Of a stretch of 64,000 bases of DNA, positions 27,900 to 36,336 are shown in pieces. The translations under genes and the position numbers were made by a program. Within the stretch, counting starts at the first letter, position 1. The number at the start of each line of letters is the position of its first letter. The DNA lies in the NCBI GenBank assembly GCA_029351405.1, contig GCA_029351405.1_4841.1. One strand, 5' to 3'. Under the pieces are notes generated by a model, which was not told the origin of the DNA, did no database searches, and saw only the letters and a program-made list of their open reading frames with translations. Source of the DNA: Escherichia coli (GTDB lineage Bacteria; Pseudomonadota; Gammaproteobacteria; Enterobacterales; Enterobacteriaceae).

Positions 27900-27912
27900 A
27901 TCTTACATTGAA

Positions 27913-28152
27913 TTAACCTTTAAGCACTTGATTTGCTGGGTCAATTTCAATAATGTCGAACACGTCCGAAAACGTCTTCTTGCCTTCGTCGTGCGTGTGA
28001 TACTCAACGACATATGAGCGACCATCAGGGGTAACGTAACGAATACGATCCGTCTGGTCGGCATTCTCGTTCAGACTACCCACACGCCAGCGCATTGCGC
28101 CAGGAAGAAACTCGGCAGCTTTCATTGCGCTGTAAATTGATTCTTTGCTCAT
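27913..28152 (-). CDS. hypothetical protein (79 aa)
   Basis: ORF, no motif. Confidence 0.4.
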   Translation of the reverse strand: MSKESIYSAMKAAEFLPGAMRWRVGSLNENADQTDRIRYVTPDGRSYVVEYHTHDEGKKTFSDVFDIIEIDPANQVLKG

Positions 28153-28159
28153 AATAGAC

Positions 28160-28405
28160 CTACACTAATTTCTTAGACTTTAGCGCGTCTTTGATCAGGC
28201 GCGCATCGGAGCACTCAGCTGTCAGTCGTGACAACAATGGTGCTGTAATCATCTTTTTGACTTTGGTCTCGTCTATGTCGTTCTCTTCACAGACAGCTGC
28301 CAGAGTCTCAAGGATAGTATCCTTGGTTTGGGCGGCGCGTAGTAGGACGATTTCAGAAAATAATTCTGGTGTCATCACAAGCGCTGGCTGTTTTTCGTCA
28401 GACAT
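28160..28405 (-). CDS. hypothetical protein (81 aa)
   Basis: ORF, helical, no motif. Confidence 0.4.
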   Translation of the reverse strand: MSDEKQPALVMTPELFSEIVLLRAAQTKDTILETLAAVCEENDIDETKVKKMITAPLLSRLTAECSDARLIKDALKSKKLV

Positions 28406-28643
28406 CGATTGTGTTCCCCTTACCCGAACCCTTCTTTATCGTACGCAAGACGTCCTTGAAGCCGTCTGGAGCTGATTGTGGTCCCTTCACCCCAGAGACA
28501 ATCTTGGGAGCACCCACGATCATACTAATCTCCCCTCCGCACTCAGTGCAGGGGTTGGATTCAGGCTCATGGCGATCTGCAATAGATTTACGCAGTGTCA
28601 TCGCGTTACCACAGCCCTTGCATTGATAATCATACAGCGGCAT
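28398..28643 (-). CDS. FmdB-family zinc-ribbon protein
   Basis: N-terminal MPLYDYQCKGCG ... later C-x2-C (CTECGG) zinc-ribbon pattern. Confidence 0.5.
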   Translation of the reverse strand: MPLYDYQCKGCGNAMTLRKSIADRHEPESNPCTECGGEISMIVGAPKIVSGVKGPQSAPDGFKDVLRTIKKGSGKGNTIDV

Positions 28644-28944
28644 GGAACACCCCCAAGGTTGTCAGCACGAAACGAACCATAATGATAACCAGCAACATCA
28701 CTGTAGAAAACACTACACGCTTGATCATTTTATCGCGCATGTGGATGAACTGATATGAGAGGATAGCCTCGGCCTGTTGATCGGCACGAACGTTCGTGTC
28801 ACGATGTGGGGACAGTGTGTAGAAGTTGATCTGGTACACATACGCATGAACCAGAGTGAAGAACGACTTCACCCAGACCAAGACAACCACTAACAACAAG
28901 GCGAACGTCAGGAAGTTCGCCAACAACCAATAATCGACCATCAT
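28630..28944 (-). CDS. membrane protein
   Basis: Multiple hydrophobic helices (LLANFLTFALLLVVVLVWV; VVFSTVMLLVIIMV). Confidence 0.4.
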   Translation of the reverse strand: MMVDYWLLANFLTFALLLVVVLVWVKSFFTLVHAYVYQINFYTLSPHRDTNVRADQQAEAILSYQFIHMRDKMIKRVVFSTVMLLVIIMVRFVLTTLGVFHAAV

Positions 28945-29531
28945 ACACCTCTGTTGAAGTCTGGATTATTCTCAATGAAGTAAGAGCCACAAGCCATTAT
29001 CGCAAACGAATCCACGAGGTCATCGATTGGCTTGGGATCCTTAACTTCCAACATATCCATTATACCGCGCATGCTAACATTGAACAGTGACTCGAAGTGA
29101 GCGATCATGGCATGTTTATCCGCGTTGCCCTTGTCGGTGAACATCTTCTTCACGTGTGATGGCGTGACGATCTGGAAGTCGAAATTGTTACGGCGCAGGG
29201 CTTGCTTCAACAGTGAGGTATTCTCTGCGGTCTGGCATATGTTGTTGGAGTTCTTAGAGTTGCCCATAGCATACCCTTCAAGAGTGATCGCATCCGGCTT
29301 CTCAGTCAACAGGACAGCCTCAGCCCATTTACAGATGTTATAGAAGCGTTCTTCTGGGGTCTCCCACTTCGGTTGCTTCATGATAAGGATATTCTGACGA
29401 ATCTGAGTGCAGTACTTCTCCACAGTATAATATGCGTAGAAGCGCAGATGATCAAAATCAAGAGGGTCTTTATCATCCCAGAAGCACAGGGATGGACAGC
29501 CATAGGAGTAGTCGATTCCGCAATATTTCAT
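28941..29531 (-). CDS. RuvC-like Holliday junction resolvase
   Basis: RNase H-fold motif order CGIDYS ... DAITLEGYA ... DDLVDSFAIMA matching RuvC catalytic acidic residues. Confidence 0.55.
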   Translation of the reverse strand: MKYCGIDYSYGCPSLCFWDDKDPLDFDHLRFYAYYTVEKYCTQIRQNILIMKQPKWETPEERFYNICKWAEAVLLTEKPDAITLEGYAMGNSKNSNNICQTAENTSLLKQALRRNNFDFQIVTPSHVKKMFTDKGNADKHAMIAHFESLFNVSMRGIMDMLEVKDPKPIDDLVDSFAIMACGSYFIENNPDFNRGV

Positions 29532-29582
29532 GTAAATAGCCCATAACGAAGTTTCATTGGTGTATGGGCTATTTACGCCGGG

Positions 29583-30092
29583 TTAACGGGTGATGATTTT
29601 GCTATCAGGCAGGACCAGACCAGGGTGGTCCAGGTTCTTCTGCATCTGTTGGATACTCTGCAGGATCACGGTAGTGTCAATGTGGCGTTTCACTTTGCGC
29701 GCTTCATCACCGTAGGAGATCTGCCCCTGAGGATCGATGTAGTGGGCTGACACAACCTGCAGATCATAACCACACTTGATCAGGTACTTAGCAATGTTGC
29801 TAACTTCGAGAGACAGGGACTCACCGTCCACACCGATGTTGGCTGAGTAGACGATTACGCCATTTTCTACCGCTTTTGGTTCAAACAAAACCATACCAGC
29901 GATCGTCTGGATCAAAGGAACTCCCTCGGTATCGAAAGCCACCTGATCGAACGCGCCGATGAACTCATCCGGCACTTTACCTTCGGCATCAGAAACTGTG
30001 TGTTTCATAAGGTCCAGGACGTGTTGTTGTACTTCCTCAATCGGAGCACGTTCAACGGGTTTTTCGTTTTGCATTACTTTTCTCCAGTTCAT
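29583..30092 (-). CDS. hypothetical protein
   Basis: ORF from internal Met (MNWRK), no motif. Confidence 0.4.
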   Translation of the reverse strand: MNWRKVMQNEKPVERAPIEEVQQHVLDLMKHTVSDAEGKVPDEFIGAFDQVAFDTEGVPLIQTIAGMVLFEPKAVENGVIVYSANIGVDGESLSLEVSNIAKYLIKCGYDLQVVSAHYIDPQGQISYGDEARKVKRHIDTTVILQSIQQMQKNLDHPGLVLPDSKIITR

Positions 30093-30576
30093 AATCGCGC
30101 TCCACAACGTATTGGTAGACACGCATCTTAATATAGTCAGCACTGCCTGCTGAAGACAGCACCATCCATCCACTACTAAGGGCATTCATCTTATATTGAC
30201 CAACACCCTCTTGAAAATAACTTTTAATCTGTTCCAGCTTTCGCCCACGATGATAATACGAGATGAGTTCACCGATGACAATACAATCTGGATAATGCTT
30301 TTCCAATGTATTGATGTTGCGGTGAACATATACGGGTAGAACTTCTTCATCGTCGATAGGGCTGTAGTATGGGTCTACGATGACCACTTGTAGACCATAA
30401 CGCAGCAGGTCTTTGACACCCAGCCGACAGAACTTATAATCTTCGTGTTTCATTGCCACATGGAGGATATTCTCTTTCTTGGCATAATCGGTCAGGAAGA
30501 TAAAGAAGTCTGTGTTGGGATCGGGATATTGTATAGACAGTTCTTTGCCTATTTCACTAAAACAAAATCCGCGCAT
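30052..30576 (-). CDS. hypothetical protein
   Basis: ORF with GAGGA ribosome-binding site before third-codon Met; no motif. Confidence 0.4.
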   Translation of the reverse strand: MRGFCFSEIGKELSIQYPDPNTDFFIFLTDYAKKENILHVAMKHEDYKFCRLGVKDLLRYGLQVVIVDPYYSPIDDEEVLPVYVHRNINTLEKHYPDCIVIGELISYYHRGRKLEQIKSYFQEGVGQYKMNALSSGWMVLSSAGSADYIKMRVYQYVVERDYELEKSNAKRKTR

Positions 30577-30625
30577 TTTCATTCCTCGTTATAATTACTC
30601 TTACAATATACCGTGGAGATACATT

Positions 30626-31432
30626 ATGAATTTACCATCATTGCCCAGAACAGAAAAGACATATAAAAGCGACTTTTGGCCTACTGTGATCAAATATCGC
30701 GCCTTTACTGCGGGGCAACAAACTTTGTTACTTCAGGTGTCAGATCCGCAAACGCCGATTGAAGAACGCGCAGCCATGATGGAGAGTCTCTTTAGCGAGT
30801 GTGTAAATGCAGGCGCACCTTTCAGCAAACTGCCAATCGGCGTTGTTGAAGAAGTGTTCATCCGCATGCGCATGATCTCCATCGGTGAATTGATGAAGAT
30901 TCGTTATAAGTGCAATAATCAGATTGAAGAAACGATCGATCTGGGAGATGGTCAAGAAAAGCACCAGATGGTTCCCTGTGAGCAGGAACTGACTTTACCT
31001 ATCCCGTTGAACAATGTCAAATGCATTGCTCAGGACGGCTTCCGGGAGACGTTTGACCTGCCAGGTGGATATCACCTCAAAATGCGCCAACCTTCCTTCT
31101 CGGACGCTACGGCACTGTCTGATGCTGCAAGCGTTGAGATGATGCTGGCCACCTTTATCGACTGTCTGTATGATGATGACGGTCAGGTGTGGAAGGTTGA
31201 GAATCCTGAAGAAATCGGAATCACTCCGGAAGAGGCTACTGAGCGCCGCCGTGTGAAAGAAGCGTTTGTTGGGTGGGTGAAGGATAACATCGAATCAGAT
31301 GTTATTGACAGCATTACGAAGAACTTCTTCCATAAAATACCGCGCATCCACTACAAGAGTTCGATCAAGTGTCCGAAATGTGGTAAGGAGCACAAAATCG
31401 AATTCAATAGTATTAATGAAATTTTCATTTAA
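30626..31432 (+). CDS. hypothetical protein with C-terminal C-x2-C zinc-ribbon (possible baseplate assembly protein)
   Basis: Start at internal Met (MNLPSLP) with GGAG ribosome-binding site; CPKCGKEH near C-terminus; lies just upstream of gp5-like gene. Confidence 0.4.
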   Translation: MNLPSLPRTEKTYKSDFWPTVIKYRAFTAGQQTLLLQVSDPQTPIEERAAMMESLFSECVNAGAPFSKLPIGVVEEVFIRMRMISIGELMKIRYKCNNQIEETIDLGDGQEKHQMVPCEQELTLPIPLNNVKCIAQDGFRETFDLPGGYHLKMRQPSFSDATALSDAASVEMMLATFIDCLYDDDGQVWKVENPEEIGITPEEATERRRVKEAFVGWVKDNIESDVIDSITKNFFHKIPRIHYKSSIKCPKCGKEHKIEFNSINEIFI

Positions 31433-31580
31433 TGTTTGAAACTGATTTATTATCCTACTTCGTGATGTGTGATGAATTGAAGTTACACGGCTATAGCATA
31501 TTTGAAATCAACGAGTCGATGCCATGGCATCTTGACTTGTTAACCGAAGCCCTCAAGGTCAGGTTGTCTAAGAAACAGTA

Positions 31581-31603
31581 ATCCCGCTTCGGCGGGATTT
31601 TTA
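31581..31603 (+). terminator. rho-independent terminator
   Basis: ATCCCGC-TTCG-GCGGGAT stem-loop followed by TTTTT. Confidence 0.6.
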
Positions 31604-31903
31604 TTGGCTTAACTGTAAAATCGGTTAACACGCACTCTCTTTACCTGAAATTGCTATAATGGGCTTGTTCCCCGAATCATTTGTTGGTGTTTGTCTGTTT
31701 TGAATCAGATTGTCAGTAAAATACCATTTTTCAAGGAGTGTTCTGGGGTGTACAGTTATTGCCTCGCCCTTATGCCTCCATGGCATTGGAATGGTGCTGC
31801 CCGCATAGGGCGGTTTGATGAGCGAAGCGAATAGGATCGAATAAAACAAATAAAATGAACGGAAGCAGAGCTTCCTATAGTATATAAGGCAAAATCAGCT
31901 GCG

Positions 31904-31911
31904 CATAAATA
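31904..31911 (+). promoter_or_regulatory. late-promoter-like box (cATAAATA)
   Basis: 7 of 8 match to TATAAATA, about 34 nt upstream of ATG at 31946. Confidence 0.45.
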
Positions 31912-31945
31912 CCTTCAAATCCTTGTTTGACAACCGGAACTCAAT

Positions 31946-33556
31946 ATGTTAGACAATATGAGATGGTTTTACGGCACCGTTGAAGATGTCAACGATCCAG
32001 ACCAAAACGGGCGCGTCGCCGTCCGCATCTATGGCGTACACACCGACGATCCCGTCCTCCTGCCTACGGACAAACTCCCATGGGCGAAGGTACTGATGCC
32101 TGCTTCAAACGCCTCCTCTGCTGGTTTAGGTTGGTCTCCAACGGGTATCATTCCTGGTACTGAGGTTATGGGGTTCGCCCTTGACGAAGCATACCAGAAT
32201 TTACGCATCACCTGGACTTGGACTGGTTCAAGTCCTACTGATGGTGCCGACACAAACCCACTGGCTCTCGGGCAGGTCGTTCAATCTGTGGAACGTCAGG
32301 CGTACAACGCCGTCACTGACGTTCCTGTGAAACAAGAAGACGAACCACAACCAGATCCACAACCACCTGTTGGCGGGTATGATCCAGAGAAGTGGATGAC
32401 AATCGCGCGTGGTGAATTGGGTATCAAGGAGTACGCCGGAAAGTTCAACAACAACCCGCGCATTATAGAATATCACAAGACAACCTCCCTTGGTGCTTCT
32501 GAAGATGAAGTGTCGTGGTGTGCGGCGTTCGTGGGTTGGGTTATGATACAGGCTGGATACACGTCTACGCGCTCCGCTCTTGCCCGATCTTACCTTACAT
32601 GGGGTACTGCACTGTCAGCACCACAATATGGCGCTATCGTAGTCTTCCGGCGTGGTAACAACCCCACATTTGGACACGTAGCGTTTGTGCAGAAGTTCGA
32701 TGCAAACTATGTCTGGTGTATTGGTGGCAACCAATCCGATTCAGTGAAGGTTAGTCGTTTCAGACGTTCTTCGGTCTTGGGATATCGTTGGCCTGGTCCT
32801 GCTAACACAGCCACAGCCGCGCCTGCGCAGCAGAATGGTAAATGGTCAGAACCTATCCCAGATCGTACTCCAAAGGAACAACCGACTCCGGCTCCTACTG
32901 GGCGAGTACAGGATATTGACAACACTGGAGAAACCATGGTTCCGGCTGCGGGTGGATCTAAATACCCGTACAATAACGTCATGGTGTCCCGAGCTGGGCA
33001 TATTATGGAAGTGGATGACACCCCTGGCGGTGAACGTCTTCACTGGATGCATAAGTCTGGGTCTTACAAGCAAATGTTGCCGGATGGTGATGTGGTCAAC
33101 AAGTCCGTCAAAGACCACTATGACCTGACGATGTTCAACAAGCGTTATTATGTCGGCGGGGACCACAACCTGACGGTCAAAGGAACTGAAGTTCAGCGCA
33201 AGACAGGTGAGGTCTATCATTTGCATTCCAACAATTACTCCAACGTGGTTGCGGGCACAGCGCTGATGAAATTCAGTGACCTAGCTGAGTTTCAAGCACA
33301 GAATATTCTGCGCATTATCTGCGAGACTCTGGAGGTCGGCGGGACATTGAAGGTTCCTAAGATTCTAACGACTGAGATCATCGCTGACAAACTGACTGTC
33401 GCTCAGACGATCAATGGTAACATCATATATGCCGAAGGTGCTGGTCGCGCTTCTTCTCTGTCGGGTGCAACCCCTGCATCCCCTACGGGTCCGGGTGAGA
33501 TTGACATCAAGGCAGAATTAAAAGACAATGGTGGTAATTTCGGCACCAAAGAGTAA
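31946..33556 (+). CDS. baseplate hub / cell-puncturing protein (gp5-like) with NlpC/P60-type peptidase-like domain
   Basis: N-terminal gp5-type OB-fold signature (WFYGTVEDVNDPDQNGRVAVRIYGVH); central domain (GYDPEKWMTIARGELGIKEYAGKFNNNPRIIEYH ... SWCAAFVGW) resembling TIGR02594-type cell-wall hydrolases; C-terminal beta-helix-like region. Confidence 0.7.
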   Translation: MLDNMRWFYGTVEDVNDPDQNGRVAVRIYGVHTDDPVLLPTDKLPWAKVLMPASNASSAGLGWSPTGIIPGTEVMGFALDEAYQNLRITWTWTGSSPTDGADTNPLALGQVVQSVERQAYNAVTDVPVKQEDEPQPDPQPPVGGYDPEKWMTIARGELGIKEYAGKFNNNPRIIEYHKTTSLGASEDEVSWCAAFVGWVMIQAGYTSTRSALARSYLTWGTALSAPQYGAIVVFRRGNNPTFGHVAFVQKFDANYVWCIGGNQSDSVKVSRFRRSSVLGYRWPGPANTATAAPAQQNGKWSEPIPDRTPKEQPTPAPTGRVQDIDNTGETMVPAAGGSKYPYNNVMVSRAGHIMEVDDTPGGERLHWMHKSGSYKQMLPDGDVVNKSVKDHYDLTMFNKRYYVGGDHNLTVKGTEVQRKTGEVYHLHSNNYSNVVAGTALMKFSDLAEFQAQNILRIICETLEVGGTLKVPKILTTEIIADKLTVAQTINGNIIYAEGAGRASSLSGATPASPTGPGEIDIKAELKDNGGNFGTKE

Positions 33557-33628
33557 GTTGGTATAAGTTTAGTGGCAGAGGGCAGCACGTCTCTCTGCTC
33601 CTTATAGGCATCCTGAGAGGATCGCGAA

Positions 33629-34009
33629 ATGAAAGAGTACAAAGATGTCGATCTGAAGTTCGGCATGCATCCGGTGACCAAAGATGTCACCATGAAATCA
33701 GGTGTATATGCTGTCTTACAATCCGTGCGGAATATCGTCATGTCTTCAGTCGGGGACTGGCCCACTTATCCTGGGATCGGCGCAGGGTTGTATAATCTCC
33801 TCGGAGAGAACACCACCCCAACGATTCAGGTAGATGTGAAGAACAAAGTAGAGGACGCTATCGCCCTGTATGAACCCAGAGCAGAGGTAGAAGAAGTCAC
33901 GGTGAGTCTGTCAGAGGATTACCATTCTCTGGGCGTGACCATCACATTCTATGTGGTCAACAATCCAGATCCAATAACAGACACCGTGTGGTTGAAAAGG
34001 ACGAATTAG
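33629..34009 (+). CDS. baseplate wedge protein, gp25-like
   Basis: 126 aa; pattern SVRNIVMSSVGDWP ... YEPRAEVEEV ... VTITFYVVNNPDP recalled as matching T4 gp25. Confidence 0.7.
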   Translation: MKEYKDVDLKFGMHPVTKDVTMKSGVYAVLQSVRNIVMSSVGDWPTYPGIGAGLYNLLGENTTPTIQVDVKNKVEDAIALYEPRAEVEEVTVSLSEDYHSLGVTITFYVVNNPDPITDTVWLKRTN

Positions 34010-34356
34010 AGTTTCGTCCTGAATGCCGGAGCCACGACTAACATGAAGTGGCTCAATAACCTGAACATTTCTTTGCCGTTGAAGTGGTAGAGGATAATCA
34101 TCGGCCTGACGTCAACCACTGATCCCTCCAGCTTCTTGTTCAACATAAATCTGGAACCGACACTGACCTTCCCGCGCTCTTCGTCTCCTGGTTTGTCGTA
34201 GACCACGCAACTGGTGGCATAACCGATCTGAGATCCATCCTCAGACCGCAAGGGCAGCATATGCCCTTCAGACATCAGATGATGCAGGTTTTGGTATAAA
34301 CCTTTGTCTGGTATGGGGACTGCCAGCTGCATTCTCAACTCTTTGTAATCTTGCAT
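34006..34356 (-). CDS. hypothetical protein
   Basis: 116 aa ORF, no motif. Confidence 0.4.
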   Translation of the reverse strand: MQDYKELRMQLAVPIPDKGLYQNLHHLMSEGHMLPLRSEDGSQIGYATSCVVYDKPGDEERGKVSVGSRFMLNKKLEGSVVDVRPMIILYHFNGKEMFRLLSHFMLVVAPAFRTKL

Positions 34357-34361
34357 GAGGA

Positions 34362-34823
34362 CTACTCCGCCAGGGTGATCACAACCATATTTAAGACTGT
34401 GTCGATAGCTCGGCCTGTTTCCTCTTCATGGAGGGTTTCGGCGCGGAGGTGCACGTCGGTGATGAAATTGTCGATGTGCATTGACGTCAGGTACGGGCGG
34501 TGCTGGCTGACCGGACGGTTGATCAGTACATAGTTACGCAGTGTGTTGAAGTCCTGCTGAGAGCACCCGGTGGTGTCAATGCGCAGGAAGCGTTCATTGT
34601 GGCTTGTCTTCAACTCAGTTACTTTGCCGAGGTAGACCAGAGGTCCATTGCGACCGATACGGAACATAACATCAACAACAGACTTGAAGATTTCGCGTTC
34701 AATCAGTGCGGTGGGTGACCAGCAGATCTCTTCTTTGTCGTCGGCGTACAGGGTGTCGATCACCAGAGGGAGTTGAATGTAACCGAAGTTGTGCAGTGGG
34801 TTGGTGAGTACCTTGTTTGTCAT
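34362..34823 (-). CDS. hypothetical protein
   Basis: Start at Met inside conserved AGGAACTATATCATG cassette; no motif. Confidence 0.45.
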   Translation of the reverse strand: MTNKVLTNPLHNFGYIQLPLVIDTLYADDKEEICWSPTALIEREIFKSVVDVMFRIGRNGPLVYLGKVTELKTSHNERFLRIDTTGCSQQDFNTLRNYVLINRPVSQHRPYLTSMHIDNFITDVHLRAETLHEEETGRAIDTVLNMVVITLAE

Positions 34824-34892
34824 GATATAGTTCCTGCTTTCAATTTGTGGCGAATGCCAATGAATTACTGGGAAGTATAGGGGAGGGCGTTT

Positions 34893-34921
34893 CAAAAGTA
34901 AAGCCCCTCAATGAGGGGCTT
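34893..34921 (-). terminator. rho-independent terminator
   Basis: AAGCCCC-loop-GGGGCTT hairpin followed by TACTTTTGAAA on minus strand, 8 nt after redoxin stop. Confidence 0.5.
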
Positions 34922-34928
34922 TGACAGA

Positions 34929-35153
34929 TCAGCGTTTGAGGCTGGCGGCGAGTCCATTAACGTCGGTCACGGTCTGGTCAGCGAGGACGATTACAGGCAT
35001 CGACACGCGCGGCTTACCCGTCAACTGCTGAAGTTCTTCCAGCCGGTAATCTTTGTCCAGCTTGAGGATCTTGTGTTCCAGCCCTTTCATTTTGCACAGA
35101 TTTTCGGCTGTTACACACTGAGCGCAACCTTGTTTGGAATAGATCGTAATCAT
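34929..35153 (-). CDS. glutaredoxin / NrdH-like redoxin
   Basis: 74 aa thioredoxin-fold protein with CAQC active-site motif, directly downstream of nrdB. Confidence 0.6.
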   Translation of the reverse strand: MITIYSKQGCAQCVTAENLCKMKGLEHKILKLDKDYRLEELQQLTGKPRVSMPVIVLADQTVTDVNGLAASLKR

Positions 35154-35162
35154 TTCTCACCT

Positions 35163-36266
35163 TTAAGCGAATTTGAGGCCATCGGATACCGAACCAGTCA
35201 GTACACCCATCAGATAATCAGGAGCTTCCGCTTCCTGCAACGCGTACTGCATTGCCTTATTATCTAGCCAGTCATTAATCCATGGAACTGGGTTCTCCTT
35301 GCGAGGTTCACCGGGATATGGGTGCCCGATAGCGCCCATCCGGTGGGTTGCCAGCCAGTCTACCATCTGATGAAGGATCTTGGCGTTCAGCCCCAGGATG
35401 GAACCGTCTTTGAACAGGTAGTTCGCCCACTCCTTCTCTTGATGAACCACGTCCAGGAACATCTGGGTCATCTCACCACGCAGTTCCTCACGGATGATTG
35501 CAAAGTCGGGGTCCATACCAGGCAGGCGGTTTAGTAGCGTCTGGGTCAGTATCAGGTGATCCTGCTCATCACGGGCGATCTGTCGAATGATTTTGGCATT
35601 GCCTTCCATCTTCTTCTGGAACTGTGTGAATGCCCAAGAGCACGCAAAGGACACGTAGAAGCGGATGCCTTCCAGTGTGTTGGCAGCAAACAGAGCACGC
35701 CAGAATGCGCGTTTGGCATTCATCAGATCTTCTCGGGTGAAGATGCGTCCGGCCATACGCATGCCACTGTACTGTACCATGTCATCGTAGTACACACTGA
35801 TCTGGTGAGCACAGTCCACGATCTCTGCAACATCCAGTACATGGTCAAACACGATACCTGGATCGTTCACAGTGTTGCGCAAAATGTGGGTGTACGATAA
35901 AGAGTGAATGGCTTCCTGGCGCGTCCATTCAAGGACAGCAAACTGCATTTCAGGGGTAGACGCCCATGGACCAAACGCCTCGAAAGGAGCCGCACCCTGG
36001 ATAGAGTCCAGCATGGTCTGGCGCTTCAGGTTGCTGAAGTAGACATGTTTCTCTGCTTCGTTCAGAGTAGCGAAGTCTGCCTTGTCCTTGGTGATGTCCA
36101 CCTCTTCAGGACGCCAGAATTGACTGAGACCTTTCTCATACCACTTCTGTACGAATGGCCAGGCCACGACATCGTAACGCTGGATGCTCACTGGGTCGCC
36201 GAAGAACGGTAGACCAGTGTTGTCCGAGCTTGGGTCGAATACGGAGAATTGTTTCTGTTCGCTCAT
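35163..36266 (-). CDS. nrdB: ribonucleotide reductase class Ia beta subunit
   Basis: 367 aa; diiron-site helices with conserved E/H ligands (EAIHSLSYTHI, EGIRFYVSFACSWAF) and C-terminal tail. Confidence 0.85.
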   Translation of the reverse strand: MSEQKQFSVFDPSSDNTGLPFFGDPVSIQRYDVVAWPFVQKWYEKGLSQFWRPEEVDITKDKADFATLNEAEKHVYFSNLKRQTMLDSIQGAAPFEAFGPWASTPEMQFAVLEWTRQEAIHSLSYTHILRNTVNDPGIVFDHVLDVAEIVDCAHQISVYYDDMVQYSGMRMAGRIFTREDLMNAKRAFWRALFAANTLEGIRFYVSFACSWAFTQFQKKMEGNAKIIRQIARDEQDHLILTQTLLNRLPGMDPDFAIIREELRGEMTQMFLDVVHQEKEWANYLFKDGSILGLNAKILHQMVDWLATHRMGAIGHPYPGEPRKENPVPWINDWLDNKAMQYALQEAEAPDYLMGVLTGSVSDGLKFA

Positions 36267-36336
36267 GTTTCTTTCCTGATTAATAAGGGGTGATCGCTCA
36301 CCCCTGATGATATAACGGTAGTAGGTTTAGACCAAT

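Noticed and set aside
31905-31925. tRNA T-loop-like sequence (CCTTCAAATCC)
   Set aside because: Flanks do not form a T-stem, acceptor stem or anticodon arm; the sequence is part of the late-promoter-like region of the gp5-like gene.
34833-34843. MotA-box-like TGCTTTCA elements on the plus strand (also near 48087 and 63207)
   Set aside because: They are the reverse complement of the minus-strand TTGAAA-N3-AGGA initiation cassette and are not followed by a suitably spaced -10 on the plus strand.
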